Source: a virus. From it: a stretch of DNA of 64,000 nucleotides. The DNA lies in IMG/VR virus record IMGVR_UViG_3300044691_000591, positions 20,850-84,849 of that record. The stretch is one strand, 5' to 3'. The stretch's first letter is position 1. Every line of letters starts with the position of its first letter. The position numbers and the translations under genes are program-made. The notes below the pieces were generated by a model. It had not been told where the DNA came from. It did no database searches and saw only the letters and a list, made by a program, of their open reading frames with translations. Of the stretch, positions 19,571 to 29,333 are shown one piece after another.

Positions 19571-19893
19571 GCCGTGGTGCCCGCCTCCCCGTCCAACTCG
19601 CCGATGATCTCCTTGAGCTCGCCGACGGTGAGCTTCATCTCCCGCACCAGCACGTCGAACTCCTCGGGCGGGCTGGCGATCTCGCGCAGGATGGCGATGT
19701 TCGCGTCGCCGCCCTTGGCCTGCACCTCCTCGATGAGTTCGATCGGCCACAGGTCCTGTGCCAGAAACGAGCACGTGTGCTCCTTGCCGTCGGCGGTCTC
19801 GAAGTCCAGGTCGAGGTGCGTGACCTTGGCGGCTGCGGTCTGCTGGGCGCGCATCTCGGACAGGCGCATGCGCTTGCGGTTGGGCTTGGACAT
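19549..19893 (-). CDS. tail assembly chaperone
   Basis: Between the major tail and tape measure genes; ends ...GCG GGG GAA GGC. Confidence 0.8.
   Translation of the reverse strand: MSKPNRKRMRLSEMRAQQTAAAKVTHLDLDFETADGKEHTCSFLAQDLWPIELIEEVQAKGGDANIAILREIASPPEEFDVLVREMKLTVGELKEIIGELDGEAGTTAGEGSGS
19564..19570 (-). other. programmed -1 ribosomal frameshift slippery site G GGG GAA
   Basis: Plus strand TTCCCCC; the downstream ORF is in the -1 frame. Confidence 0.75.
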
Positions 19894-19992
19894 GACTGCG
19901 GTTCCTCATCCGGCGGGGACTGGGCGGGGTGTGGTGGCCGGTGCGCCCGCCCCCGCCCGGAAGGGGCACACCGGCCACGATCAGGGGGCGGG

Positions 19993-20562
19993 TCAGGACA
20001 GGGTGATGCCGTTGCTGTACCGGTTCACGCTCTTGCCGCCGGACGGGTTGGTCAGGGCCGTGAACGTCATCTCCATGGACGCGGCGTCGTTGGCGTTGAA
20101 CTTGCGGTCGCCGCGGTTGGTGACGTCCGCACGCGCGATCATGATCCGCTCGATCTTGTTGTCCATGACGACGTCCAGGCCCAGGGCCGTGGTGTAGGCC
20201 GTGGTCGTCGAGGCGGAGCCGAAGGCCACGAAGGCGCCCGTACCGGCCCCGGAGGCGTTCATGTCGGAGGCCTTGACCGCGTAGTAGAGCTGCAGGGTTG
20301 CGGCCGTGGTCTCCAGGAACGTCATCTTGAACGTCTGCTGGCGGTTCTTCACCCGGGTGATGACCGGCGAGTTCTCGCCCCAGGCGTCGATCTCGGTGCG
20401 GTTCTCGCCCAGGCTCTCGTCCAGGCCGTCGGTGGAGATGTAGCCCAGGTCCACCCACGGGGTCGCCCACGCCGTGAAGGGGTCGGCGGGGAAGGCGGTG
20501 CCGACGACGGCCATGTAGGCCTTGCCGGTGACACCGATGATCACATTGTCCGCTGTGCCCAC
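19993..20562 (-). CDS. major tail (tube) protein
   Basis: WVDLGYISTDGL...EIDAWG...TFKMTFLET. Confidence 0.9.
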   Translation of the reverse strand: MGTADNVIIGVTGKAYMAVVGTAFPADPFTAWATPWVDLGYISTDGLDESLGENRTEIDAWGENSPVITRVKNRQQTFKMTFLETTAATLQLYYAVKASDMNASGAGTGAFVAFGSASTTTAYTTALGLDVVMDNKIERIMIARADVTNRGDRKFNANDAASMEMTFTALTNPSGGKSVNRYSNGITLS

Positions 20563-20572
20563 GAGGGCCTCC

Positions 20573-21004
20573 TCAAGATCCGGCTCGGGGCGGGCGCACG
20601 CTCATGCCTGCGATCCAGCCAAAGCGGGTGATATTGGTGTTCGGCTCCTCCGGTCGGGCCGTGGGCCCGACTTCCTCCCACGCCCTGCTGACCGATCCCT
20701 GCGGTGTCGAGGCCCCCGCCATCGACATCCACGCGGCCCGCACGCGCGCCACCAACTCCTTGCACTGCGCCCGGCTCGCGGCGTAGCAGTCCACCGACAG
20801 GCGCGGGTTGTCCCGCAGCACGTCGCCGCCCCACGCCGCGATGTCCGGCAGGCCGCCGGCCCGCAGCACCCGCACCACCGGCAGCGCCGCAGTGAACGCG
20901 GATCCGTCCGGCAGGTCGGTGCACACCGTCACGCCGTCCAGCGCCGCCGTCAGGAGGGCGACGGCCATCAACTCCTCGTCGGGCAGCAGCACACCCCCTG
21001 CCAT
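20573..21004 (-). CDS. tail terminator/completion protein
   Basis: Synteny; PVVRVLRAGG...PRLSVDCYA. Confidence 0.7.
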   Translation of the reverse strand: MAGGVLLPDEELMAVALLTAALDGVTVCTDLPDGSAFTAALPVVRVLRAGGLPDIAAWGGDVLRDNPRLSVDCYAASRAQCKELVARVRAAWMSMAGASTPQGSVSRAWEEVGPTARPEEPNTNITRFGWIAGMSVRPPRAGS

Positions 21005-21321
21005 CAGGAATCGCCCCCGGCCGCATCCAGGGCCCGCGTCAGGGTGAAACGGGCCGGATGGATCGAGCGGCCGTGCCGGTCGGTCTGCCGCGTGCCGTGC
21101 TCCACATAGATCGCGTAGTGCACGTCCGCGGTGACCGTGCGGGCCCCGTCGGCGTCGTACTGCGGCTCCTGGTGGATCGACGCCCGGTACGCGCCGGTCA
21201 GTACCGGGGCGGTGGATTTCGCCGCCTGCACCACCATGTCCGTGCGCCGCTGCAGATCCCGCTGCACATCCGGATCCACCACGAGGCGGTTGATCGCGGC
21301 CTGGTCCAGGGTCACGTCCAT
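21004..21321 (-). CDS. HK97 gp10-like neck/tail component
   Basis: AKSTAPVLTGAYRASI...YAIYVEHGT. Confidence 0.8.
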   Translation of the reverse strand: MDVTLDQAAINRLVVDPDVQRDLQRRTDMVVQAAKSTAPVLTGAYRASIHQEPQYDADGARTVTADVHYAIYVEHGTRQTDRHGRSIHPARFTLTRALDAAGGDS

Positions 21322-21650
21322 CAGCCCTGCACCTCCTTCAGGACCACCGAGAGATGCGCCAGCGGACCGCCCCGGTAGATGTCGGGGCGCCCGTCGACCT
21401 CCCACGTGCGGTCCAGCCACTGGATGCGCGAGAACTCGCCGACCGGCGAATTGGCGGGCATGATCGCCCGCATGGTCGTCGTGGTCTGGTCGTTGGCCGT
21501 CGTGTTCTCCTGGCCGGACAGCGGATCGACCGTTACCCGGCCGATGACCGTGGCGACCGCCGCATCCCAGTCCCGGACCTGATTGCCGTACCCGTCCTTG
21601 GACAGGGGCGCGTTCAGGACCGTGACCCGCTCGTTTCCGATGACCGGCAC
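21321..21650 (-). CDS. head-tail stopper/closure protein
   Basis: DGYGNQ...RIQWLDRTWEVDG; synteny. Confidence 0.75.
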   Translation of the reverse strand: MPVIGNERVTVLNAPLSKDGYGNQVRDWDAAVATVIGRVTVDPLSGQENTTANDQTTTTMRAIMPANSPVGEFSRIQWLDRTWEVDGRPDIYRGGPLAHLSVVLKEVQG

Positions 21651-21656
21651 GCGCCA

Positions 21657-22049
21657 TCACCCGAACGTCACAGGGAAGGGATGCAGCAGGCCGGAGGTGC
21701 GCAGGGCCTGCGCCGCCCTCGGCCCCAACTGCGGGGTCGTGGCAGCCGCATTGGCCCCGGTGCGGCGCGTGACGGACCGCGACCCGGTCGTCATCGACTG
21801 CACGTCCGAGGTCGCCCCCGTCTCGTCGTCGCGGTCCATCAGCCAGTGCACCTGCCGCTCGCACGCCTTGCGCAGCGCCGTCTGGACCGCCGCATCCGTC
21901 GGCATCCCGCTGTCGTCGGTGGCGTAGCGCGCACCGACGAGCACGCCGTCCAGGTCGTCCGACGCCTCCTCCAGGAGGCGCGACACGTCCAGGGGCAGCG
22001 GCAGGGAGCCGAGGAATGCGGTGAGGTCGTCGACGGACGCGTATGGCAC
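21657..22049 (-). CDS. head-tail adaptor
   Basis: GTG start VPYASVDDL...LLEEASDDLD...ALRTSGLL. Confidence 0.75.
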   Translation of the reverse strand: MPYASVDDLTAFLGSLPLPLDVSRLLEEASDDLDGVLVGARYATDDSGMPTDAAVQTALRKACERQVHWLMDRDDETGATSDVQSMTTGSRSVTRRTGANAAATTPQLGPRAAQALRTSGLLHPFPVTFG

Positions 22050-22051
22050 GG

Positions 22052-22393
22052 CTACACGACCCCCGCGCTGTCCAGGTCCTCGGTGCCGTCCTGGTCGGCC
22101 CACAGCAGCAGGGCCTTCTTGGACATGCCCTCGGCCTCGTACTTCGCCAGGCCCTGGGTGATGGCCCAGTCGCGCCACTGGCCGACGGAGGCGCTGGCTG
22201 CCGGACGCCCGTGGACGACCTCGCCCTTGGCGTCGGCCTCCAGTTCGGTGTCGTCGGCCCGGCGCAGCGCGCCCTTGGCGAGCTGCTTGGCCATCAGCGG
22301 ATCCGCGGGAGTCCCGGGCCGGGACTCGTCGAGGTGCAGCACAATGCCGCCCTCGCCGACGTAGGTGCCCACCTGGGCGGAGGTGTCGGTCAT
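22052..22393 (-). CDS. hypothetical virion-associated protein
   Basis: Packed between the capsid region and the adaptor. Confidence 0.65.
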   Translation of the reverse strand: MTDTSAQVGTYVGEGGIVLHLDESRPGTPADPLMAKQLAKGALRRADDTELEADAKGEVVHGRPAASASVGQWRDWAITQGLAKYEAEGMSKKALLLWADQDGTEDLDSAGVV

Positions 22394-22394
22394 G

Positions 22395-22784
22395 TCAGGT
22401 GTACCTCGGGTACTTGAGGGCCTTGATCGACCCGGTGAACCCGGTCGCGAAGTCGATGCTGACCGAGCCGTCGGCCTGCAGGATCCGCGCCGAGGCGAAC
22501 GGCCCCAGCCAGGAGGTGCCCGGTGCGGCAGCGACCGGCAGGACCAGGTCGCCGGCGCCGCCCTGGAAGCGGTTGCCCGCCCGCAGGGTCACGGTCAGGG
22601 CGCCGGCGGTGGTGTTGGACACGAGCAGGATCAGGTGCTCGGGGGAGACGCCGGGGGCGATGGTGGCGCCGTTGGTCACCAGAGTGGAGTCGATGGTGGT
22701 GCCGAGCGCGGAGCCGCCCGATGTGGCGTCGGACAGGTTGCTGTTCGGGGCGAGGGCGCTGGGCACGATTGCGGTACGAGACAT
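22395..22784 (-). CDS. hypothetical protein, possible capsid decoration
   Basis: Beta-rich 129 aa directly after the MCP. Confidence 0.65.
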   Translation of the reverse strand: MSRTAIVPSALAPNSNLSDATSGGSALGTTIDSTLVTNGATIAPGVSPEHLILLVSNTTAGALTVTLRAGNRFQGGAGDLVLPVAAAPGTSWLGPFASARILQADGSVSIDFATGFTGSIKALKYPRYT

Positions 22785-22802
22785 GGCAGTGGTCCCTTCG
22801 GC

Positions 22803-23663
22803 TCAGGCGGCCGGGTCGATGACGGCGACGGCGAGGCCGGTGGGGCGCACGAGCTTGCCGCCGTAGACGTGCAGTCCGCGCACGGCGTCGGCGAACGTGG
22901 TCTGGAGGCGCAGGGCCTCGGTCTCCACGATCTGCTCGGCGTAGGACAGCGCCCCCGGGTACCCGGCGATGACCGCCTGGTAGTCGCTGGACGGGTTCGG
23001 GGTGTTGTTGGATTCGAGGATGTCGAACCCGGCGGCCCTGCCGACCATGCCGTTGCGCAGACCGGTGTCGGTCCCGGCCTCGTTGGCGCGGATGAAGCGC
23101 GGGTCCAGCAGCAGGGAGCCCATGAACTCGGGGGACACGACGCAGTACCGGCCCTGGGAGGGCACGTTGCTCTTGGTCAGGCGGGTGCGCAGCGGCACCA
23201 GGACCTTGTCGTAGGCGTCGGTGACCGTGGTGTACGTGTTGATCGGCGAACCGGTCGACCCGATCTGGTTCGCGGCGGCCACGCCGGTCCACATCGAGGC
23301 CACGAACTGGTCGGCCTTGTCCGCCAGGACGTAGGCCGAGTTCTGCATGACCTGCACCATCGGGTCCCCGAGGGCCTGGGCGCGGTCGATGTCGTCCAAC
23401 TTCTGCGCCCACGACTTGCCCTGGTCGATGTGCAGGGTCGTCCCGGCGTCGGACACGTCCTCGTAGGTCAGGACGGAGCCGTTGGTGTAGTCGGTGACCG
23501 TCGGGTTGCCGATCCCGGAGATGTGGACGGTGTCGCCGCGCTGGGCGATCTCACCCTCGTAGTCGCGGTTCACGATGGTGGGCTGCGCATAGATCAGGGT
23601 CTTGCGGAGCTCCACCAGGAGCATCGCGGACCACACTTCCGGCTTGAACGCCAGAATGGACAT
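22803..23663 (-). CDS. major capsid protein
   Basis: FKPEVWSA...VNRDYEGEIAQRGDTVHI...FADAVRGLHVYGGKLVRP. Confidence 0.92.
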   Translation of the reverse strand: MSILAFKPEVWSAMLLVELRKTLIYAQPTIVNRDYEGEIAQRGDTVHISGIGNPTVTDYTNGSVLTYEDVSDAGTTLHIDQGKSWAQKLDDIDRAQALGDPMVQVMQNSAYVLADKADQFVASMWTGVAAANQIGSTGSPINTYTTVTDAYDKVLVPLRTRLTKSNVPSQGRYCVVSPEFMGSLLLDPRFIRANEAGTDTGLRNGMVGRAAGFDILESNNTPNPSSDYQAVIAGYPGALSYAEQIVETEALRLQTTFADAVRGLHVYGGKLVRPTGLAVAVIDPAA

Positions 23664-23671
23664 TCAGGTTC

Positions 23672-24463
23672 CTATCCGGCACCGGAGAGGTAGTCGCGGA
23701 GCTGACCACTCTTGCGGGCCTGATCGATCTGGTCGGGGGTCATTCGCTTCACCTCCGCCCCTGTGAGCTGCCTCTTTCCGCCTGGCGTCCCGTTGAGGTC
23801 AGCCCCTCCGCGCGCCGGTGGCTGTGGGGCCTCGGGCTGCTTGAGGGCGAGCTTCGGATTGCCTTCGACCGCCTTGGCGACTGCCGCCGCGACGTCGTCC
23901 GCAAAGGTGCTCGCGGCCGGGTCGAGGTCCCGGATGGAGCGCAGGAAGCTGCGCGAGTCCAGGAGTGCGTCCGCGTCCCCGCCGGCACTGCCGGCAGATC
24001 GGTACACGGCGAGCTCGACGTCGCGCTGGCGGGCCAGGGCCTGCGTCTTCTCGGTCTCCGTGCGCGCGTCGGCGAGCTGCTTGGTCAGTTCCTCCACTGA
24101 CGGCGGCTTCGCCTCCTCGCCCTGGAGCCCGAATGCGGCGGCGAGCTTCTTGACCAGGTCGGCCTGCTGCTGAGCGGCCTGCTCAGTCGCGGACTTCTCT
24201 GCGGCGGTGCGCTTCTCGCGCTCGGTGGCGACCTCGCCTCGGAGGTTCTCGACCAGGCGCTCGAACTTGGCGGGGTCGAACTCGCCCTCGAACTTGGGGG
24301 CCTTGCCCTGCGGTTCGGCGGCGGGTGCGTCGGCGGCGGGTGCCGCAGGCGCTGGCGATGCAGGTGCGGGAGGTGCTGCCGGTGCCGGGTTGGCGTCGGC
24401 GGCGGGGGTGACCGGCGGGGCGTCGCCAGAAGGCGCAGCGGTGCCGGGGGCGGGAGTGGTCAT
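23672..24463 (-). CDS. capsid scaffolding protein
   Basis: P/A-rich N-terminus, coiled coil, DALLDSRSF; upstream of the MCP. Confidence 0.8.
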   Translation of the reverse strand: MTTPAPGTAAPSGDAPPVTPAADANPAPAAPPAPASPAPAAPAADAPAAEPQGKAPKFEGEFDPAKFERLVENLRGEVATEREKRTAAEKSATEQAAQQQADLVKKLAAAFGLQGEEAKPPSVEELTKQLADARTETEKTQALARQRDVELAVYRSAGSAGGDADALLDSRSFLRSIRDLDPAASTFADDVAAAVAKAVEGNPKLALKQPEAPQPPARGGADLNGTPGGKRQLTGAEVKRMTPDQIDQARKSGQLRDYLSGAG

Positions 24464-24614
24464 GTGGGATTCCTCCAAAGAGACCGGCATCGCCTTGGGT
24501 GCCGTGTACGCGCAGAGACCGCCCTTGACGGCCGCGTACTGAGAAGGATCATATATCCCAAGTGGCCAAGAAGCGCCACACTACTTGTACAGTTCCTACA
24601 AAAAGGCTGGAGGT

Positions 24615-25505
24615 GTGATCGTGGCGCTCCCCACAGCGACCCTCGGCGACATCGCCCAGCGGCAGACCACCGCCCTGGCCGAACACACCCACGCCGCCAA
24701 CTACACCGCCACTGCCCCGCTCACCTACGCCCTCCAGGCGGCGCAGACCGCAGCCACCCACGACTGGATCCGCACCACCGGCGGCCTGCACACGCCACCA
24801 ACACCCGCCCAAGCCAAGGCCCTCGCCGCCTGCACCCGCGCCCGCGTCACCGCCGCCATGACCGGACAGGCCGCCCACGCCCAGCGCATCGCCACCGCAG
24901 CCGCCCACACCGCAGGCCAACTCGGCACCCAGCAAGCCACCGCCTTCGCCCGCCACGCCGGATTCACCGCACCGGCTGCCGAAGCCCCACCCCTCGCCGA
25001 CGACGTCACCGTCGGAATCGACCAACTCCCGCACGGCATCAAGCAGGACCACGACGCCGCCATCGCCATGCTCACCGCCGCAACCCTGACCGCCCTCGGC
25101 CTCGCCGCGATCACCGCGGCCGTCAACCGGGCCAAACGCGCAGCCGGCCGCATCCGGGCCACCATCGGATGGTCCGTCACCCAGCAGGTCGCAGCCGGCG
25201 TCACCGCCGTGGCGCGAGCCATCGGGCGCGTGCTCGCGGGCGACGGCGTGATGGTCATGTGGGTGGCCGAACCCGGCGCCTGCCCCGCCTGCCAGGGCTA
25301 CGCCGGACACTCCGTCAAACCCGGACGCCTCTTCCCCGGCGGCCTGTCCACGGACCCGGCGAAGGTCTCCTACCCCGGCGCGATCAACGGCCCCCCGCGG
25401 CACATCAACTGCCGCTGCACCACCATCCCCTGGCACCCGGACTGGCAGGACCCCACACAGCCACCCATGGCCAGCGTCCTGCAGGACCGCGCCACCCGCC
25501 CCTGA
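24615..25505 (+). CDS. MuF-like (SPP1 gp7) minor head protein
   Basis: WVAEPGACPAC...GPPRHINCRC motif; RBS GGAGG. Confidence 0.8.
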   Translation: MIVALPTATLGDIAQRQTTALAEHTHAANYTATAPLTYALQAAQTAATHDWIRTTGGLHTPPTPAQAKALAACTRARVTAAMTGQAAHAQRIATAAAHTAGQLGTQQATAFARHAGFTAPAAEAPPLADDVTVGIDQLPHGIKQDHDAAIAMLTAATLTALGLAAITAAVNRAKRAAGRIRATIGWSVTQQVAAGVTAVARAIGRVLAGDGVMVMWVAEPGACPACQGYAGHSVKPGRLFPGGLSTDPAKVSYPGAINGPPRHINCRCTTIPWHPDWQDPTQPPMASVLQDRATRP

Positions 25506-25549
25506 TCATGACCAGTCGAGACGCCCCGCGCGGGCGCGAAGGAGAACCG

Positions 25550-26065
25550 ATGGCCCGCCCGCTCGGCGACGACGAGAAGGCCGAGATTCGCCGCCTGTAC
25601 GCGGATGGCCTGGGCCGCAATGCCATCGCCCGCACGATTGACCGGGCCGTGGGTACGGTCACGGCCTACTGCGCCGCGCAGGGCCTGCTCTTCGACCGGT
25701 CCGAGACCGAGGTCGCCGTCCACGCCCGCAAGGTCGACCTCGCCGCGATGCGCGCCCAGTCCGCCATCGAGCTGCAGGAGGATGCGGACCGGCTTCGGCG
25801 GCAGATGTGGGAGCCGGCCGTGGTCTTCGCGTTCGGCGGCAAGGAGAACGTGTACACCGAGGAGCCGGTGTCCGAGCCGCCGCCGGCGGACAAGCGCACG
25901 TTGATGGCCGCCGCTGTGATGGCCTACGACCGGTCGTTGAAGCTGTCGCCGCCGAAGGCCGGGGGCGGCTCGCAGGAGAACCGGAGCATGCTCGGGACGC
26001 TGGCCGAGGACCTGCGCGCATGGGTGTCCGAGAACGAGTCGGACCGCCCGGAGCAGGTCGACTGA
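25550..26065 (+). CDS. terS: terminase small subunit
   Basis: N-terminal HTH (IRRLYADGLGRNAIAR); directly upstream of TerL; RBS AAGGAG. Confidence 0.75.
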   Translation: MARPLGDDEKAEIRRLYADGLGRNAIARTIDRAVGTVTAYCAAQGLLFDRSETEVAVHARKVDLAAMRAQSAIELQEDADRLRRQMWEPAVVFAFGGKENVYTEEPVSEPPPADKRTLMAAAVMAYDRSLKLSPPKAGGGSQENRSMLGTLAEDLRAWVSENESDRPEQVD

Positions 26066-26092
26066 CGATGCGCCAGGCGATGCGGGGTGTCC

Positions 26093-27346
26093 ATGCGCGG
26101 ACTTAGCCTCGCCCTGTCCCCGAAGCAGATGGGGTTCATCGCGAACTCGACGGCGCGCATCAACATCGCCCACGGGTCGGTGCGGTCGGGCAAGTCGATC
26201 GCGGCGACGGTGGCGTTCTTCATCGCCGTCAACGAGGCCCCGGACTCGGGGCTGGTGCTCATCATCGGCCGCTCCCTGCAGACCATCGAGCGCAACGTCC
26301 TGGACCCGATGATGGACCCGGAGCTGTTCGGGTCCCTGTCAGCGGATGTGCAGCACACGCGTGGAGCGACGACGGCAACGATCTTGGGCCGCACCGTGCA
26401 CCTGATCGGCGCCTCGGATGCGCGCGCGGAGGGCCGGCTGCGCGGCCTGACGGCCTGCCTGGCCTTGGTGGATGAGGCGACGCTGCTGCCTGAGGGCTTC
26501 TGGAACCAGCTTCTGGGCCGCCTGTCCGTGCCTGGGGCGAGGCTGCTGGCGAGTACTAACCCGGACTCGCCGCAGCATTGGCTGCGGCGTGACTTCCTGC
26601 GCCGCGAGGACACCCTGAACCTGCGCTCGTGGCACTTCACCCTGAAGGACAATCCTTCGCTTACCCGCGAGTACGTCGACGGTCTGTCGGCGGAGTACAC
26701 GGGCCTGTGGCGCAAGCGGTTCCTGGAGGGCCTGTGGGTCGCCGCGGAGGGCGCGATCTTCGACATGTGGGACGAGGACGTCCACGTCGTCGACCGGGTG
26801 CCCATCGGCCGGATCCGGCGCTGGATCGCGCTGGGCGTGGACTACGGCACGACGAACCCGTTCCACGCAGTGCTGATCGGCATCAGTGAGGAGCGGCGCC
26901 TGTACGCGGCGGCGGAGTGGCGCTACGACTCGCGGCACATGCGCCGTCAGCTCACCGACGTGGAGTACTCGGAGCGGCTGCGCGCCTGGATGTCCGACGT
27001 GCCGCACATCGGCCCGGTGCGCCCGCAGTACGTGGCCGTGGACCCGTCGGCGGCCTCGTTCAAGACACAGCTGTTCCGCGACAAGCTGCGCCCCCACGCG
27101 GCCGACAATGCGGTCCTGGACGGCATTCGCACCATGTCGTCGCTCCTGGCGGGCCGCCAGCTCTTCGTTGACGCCTCGTGCACGGAGTTGATCTCTGAGA
27201 TCCCCGGCTACTCGTGGGACGACCGCGCCCAACTGTTGGGAGACGACAAGCCCATCAAGGTCGCCGACCACGGAATCGACGGGCTCCGCTACGGCCTGAT
27301 GACCACCCGGTCCCAGTGGCAGCACCAGCTCGCCCCCGCCGCCTAA
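26093..27346 (+). CDS. terL: terminase large subunit (PBSX-type)
   Basis: HGSVRSGKS Walker A, ALVDEA Walker B, STNPDSPQHWL, GVDYGTTNP, VDPSAASF, DHGIDGLRYG. Confidence 0.95.
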   Translation: MRGLSLALSPKQMGFIANSTARINIAHGSVRSGKSIAATVAFFIAVNEAPDSGLVLIIGRSLQTIERNVLDPMMDPELFGSLSADVQHTRGATTATILGRTVHLIGASDARAEGRLRGLTACLALVDEATLLPEGFWNQLLGRLSVPGARLLASTNPDSPQHWLRRDFLRREDTLNLRSWHFTLKDNPSLTREYVDGLSAEYTGLWRKRFLEGLWVAAEGAIFDMWDEDVHVVDRVPIGRIRRWIALGVDYGTTNPFHAVLIGISEERRLYAAAEWRYDSRHMRRQLTDVEYSERLRAWMSDVPHIGPVRPQYVAVDPSAASFKTQLFRDKLRPHAADNAVLDGIRTMSSLLAGRQLFVDASCTELISEIPGYSWDDRAQLLGDDKPIKVADHGIDGLRYGLMTTRSQWQHQLAPAA

Positions 27347-27365
27347 CCCCTCTTGGAGACCCGAC

Positions 27366-29054
27366 ATGCCGCTGCCCCTGGACGACGCCCCCTGGCCGCC
27401 GCCGGACCTCAACCCGGTGTGGAACTCGCTGCAGGTGTGGCACGCCTGGTATGCGGGGCTGCCCAAGGACCTGCAGTCCGTGTACGGGGGTGTGGCCACC
27501 GCGGGATCGTCGCCGCTGGCCCGGCAGTTCTTCGACATGGACAAGCCCGGCTCCAACCAGGTGTCCGTGGTCGCGCGCACGTTCTGGGGCGAGCCGATCC
27601 CGCCTGGTGAGCGGCGCGTCAAGTTGCACATTCCGCTGCCGGGCGACATCTCGGAGCTGTCGGCGTCGTTGCTGTACTCCGAGCTGCCGCAGATCCGGGC
27701 CGCGGACACCAGCGGCCTGGGCACGGCGACGACGGACCGCATTGCCCGTTACCTGGACGACCGTGGCCACGCCACCCTGCTGCAGGGCGCCGACACTGGC
27801 TCGGGGCTGGGCGGCGTCTATCTGCGGGTGGTGTGGGACGCGACGCTGCGCGATCACCCGTGGCTGACCGTGGTGCACCCGGACATGGCCGTCCCGGAGT
27901 GGCGCTGGGGCTGCCTCACCGCGGTGACGTTTTGGCAGACTGTGCAGCAGGACCCGTCGGGCACCGAGGAGTGGCGGCTCCTCGAATACCACACCCCGGG
28001 CCTGATCGAGTACGGCCTGTACAAGGGATCGCTGACGGAGATCGGCGAACGCCTGCCCCTCGCCGCACACCCCAAGGGCGTGGAGCTGATGGGGCAGCTC
28101 ACCGACAAGACGCCGGGCCGCGAGCAGCAGGTCACCGGCGTCGACAAGCTCCTGGCCGTGTACATCCCCAACATGCTCCCGAACCGGGTGTGGCGTACCG
28201 TGCCCGGCTCCGAGCCGCTGGGGCGCTCGGACTACACGGGCATCGAGCAGCTCTTCGACTCCCTGGACGAGACGTGGACGTCGTGGATGCGGGACCTGCG
28301 CCTCGCCCGCTCCCGGATCATGATCCCGCAGTCGATGCTGGAGACCGACGGCCCGGGGCAGGGGGCGATCTTCCGCGACAAGGAAGTGTTCGTGCAGATC
28401 AACAGCCTCGCCGACGGCACCAGCGGCGAGGCCATCACCATGAACCAGTTCCAGATCCGCGTGAAGGAGCACGAGGACACGTGCACCGCGATCGTCAACC
28501 AGGTCCTGCGGTCCGCCGGCTACTCATCGCAGTCCATGGGCGCGGACAAGGGCATGGTCGCGGTGACGGCCACGGAGATCGCCGCCCGCAAGGAGCAGTC
28601 CCTCGCCACCCGGGACACGAAGATCCTGTACCAGCGTCCGGCGCTGGATCAGGTGTTGAAGGTGCTGCTGGCCGTGGACGCGAAGTGGTTCAAGGCTGCC
28701 GTGGACCCGACGGCGGACCTGACCATCGCGTGGCCGGACGCGGTGCAGGCCGACCCTCAGTCCCAGGCCACCACGCTGTCGTTCCTGAAGGCCGCCTCCG
28801 CAGCATCCACGGACACCATGGTGCGGATGCTGCACCCGGAGTGGGAGGACATTGAGGTCGCCGAGGAGGTGGCCCGCATCCGCGAGGAGTCCGCACCGCC
28901 GGTCACCCTCACCGCCCCTGCTGCACAGCCGACAGGGCAGGTTCAGCAGCAGGGCCAGGAACCGGGGCAGGCGGAGGAGGGCACGGCGGCCTCGGCGTGG
29001 GCGGACCAGGCCGATTCGGAGGGAGCAGCCCAGCCGGGGGCTGCGGCGGCGTAG
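27366..29054 (+). CDS. portal protein (SPP1 gp6/A118-like)
   Basis: Follows TerL; LGRSDY...LDETWTSWMRDLRL, TATEI motifs. Confidence 0.9.
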   Translation: MPLPLDDAPWPPPDLNPVWNSLQVWHAWYAGLPKDLQSVYGGVATAGSSPLARQFFDMDKPGSNQVSVVARTFWGEPIPPGERRVKLHIPLPGDISELSASLLYSELPQIRAADTSGLGTATTDRIARYLDDRGHATLLQGADTGSGLGGVYLRVVWDATLRDHPWLTVVHPDMAVPEWRWGCLTAVTFWQTVQQDPSGTEEWRLLEYHTPGLIEYGLYKGSLTEIGERLPLAAHPKGVELMGQLTDKTPGREQQVTGVDKLLAVYIPNMLPNRVWRTVPGSEPLGRSDYTGIEQLFDSLDETWTSWMRDLRLARSRIMIPQSMLETDGPGQGAIFRDKEVFVQINSLADGTSGEAITMNQFQIRVKEHEDTCTAIVNQVLRSAGYSSQSMGADKGMVAVTATEIAARKEQSLATRDTKILYQRPALDQVLKVLLAVDAKWFKAAVDPTADLTIAWPDAVQADPQSQATTLSFLKAASAASTDTMVRMLHPEWEDIEVAEEVARIREESAPPVTLTAPAAQPTGQVQQQGQEPGQAEEGTAASAWADQADSEGAAQPGAAAA

Positions 29055-29102
29055 GCTGCCCGCCTGTGCACGCCAAGTGGCGTGCAGGTGGGGGGATGCG
29101 GG

Positions 29103-29315
29103 ATGTCGGTACGTCTGCGCGGCGGGGTGGGCCCGGTTCGGGTGTCGGTGCCGCTCATGCCCCGAGGGATGCTGCGCGCCTTCGTGATGCTCTTCGTCTA
29201 CACCGGCGTCGGGGTGTGGCTGCTGTGCAAGTTCATCTACTGGACCGCCCCGGTGTGGATCTGGCGGACCTCGCATCGGGCGTGGCTGCGCTCGCGGGCA
29301 GGCCAGCAGCCATAG
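29103..29315 (+). CDS. small membrane protein
   Basis: Hydrophobic and aromatic stretch. Confidence 0.45.
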   Translation: MSVRLRGGVGPVRVSVPLMPRGMLRAFVMLFVYTGVGVWLLCKFIYWTAPVWIWRTSHRAWLRSRAGQQP

Positions 29316-29333
29316 CGATCCGGTGCGGGCGGC

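Noticed and set aside
3438-24595. ACTGTACAA inverted pair as invertase crossover sites
   Set aside because: The match is only about 9-11 bp, no invertase is seen, and inverting the segment would not restore canonical gene order; kept only as a possible regulatory motif
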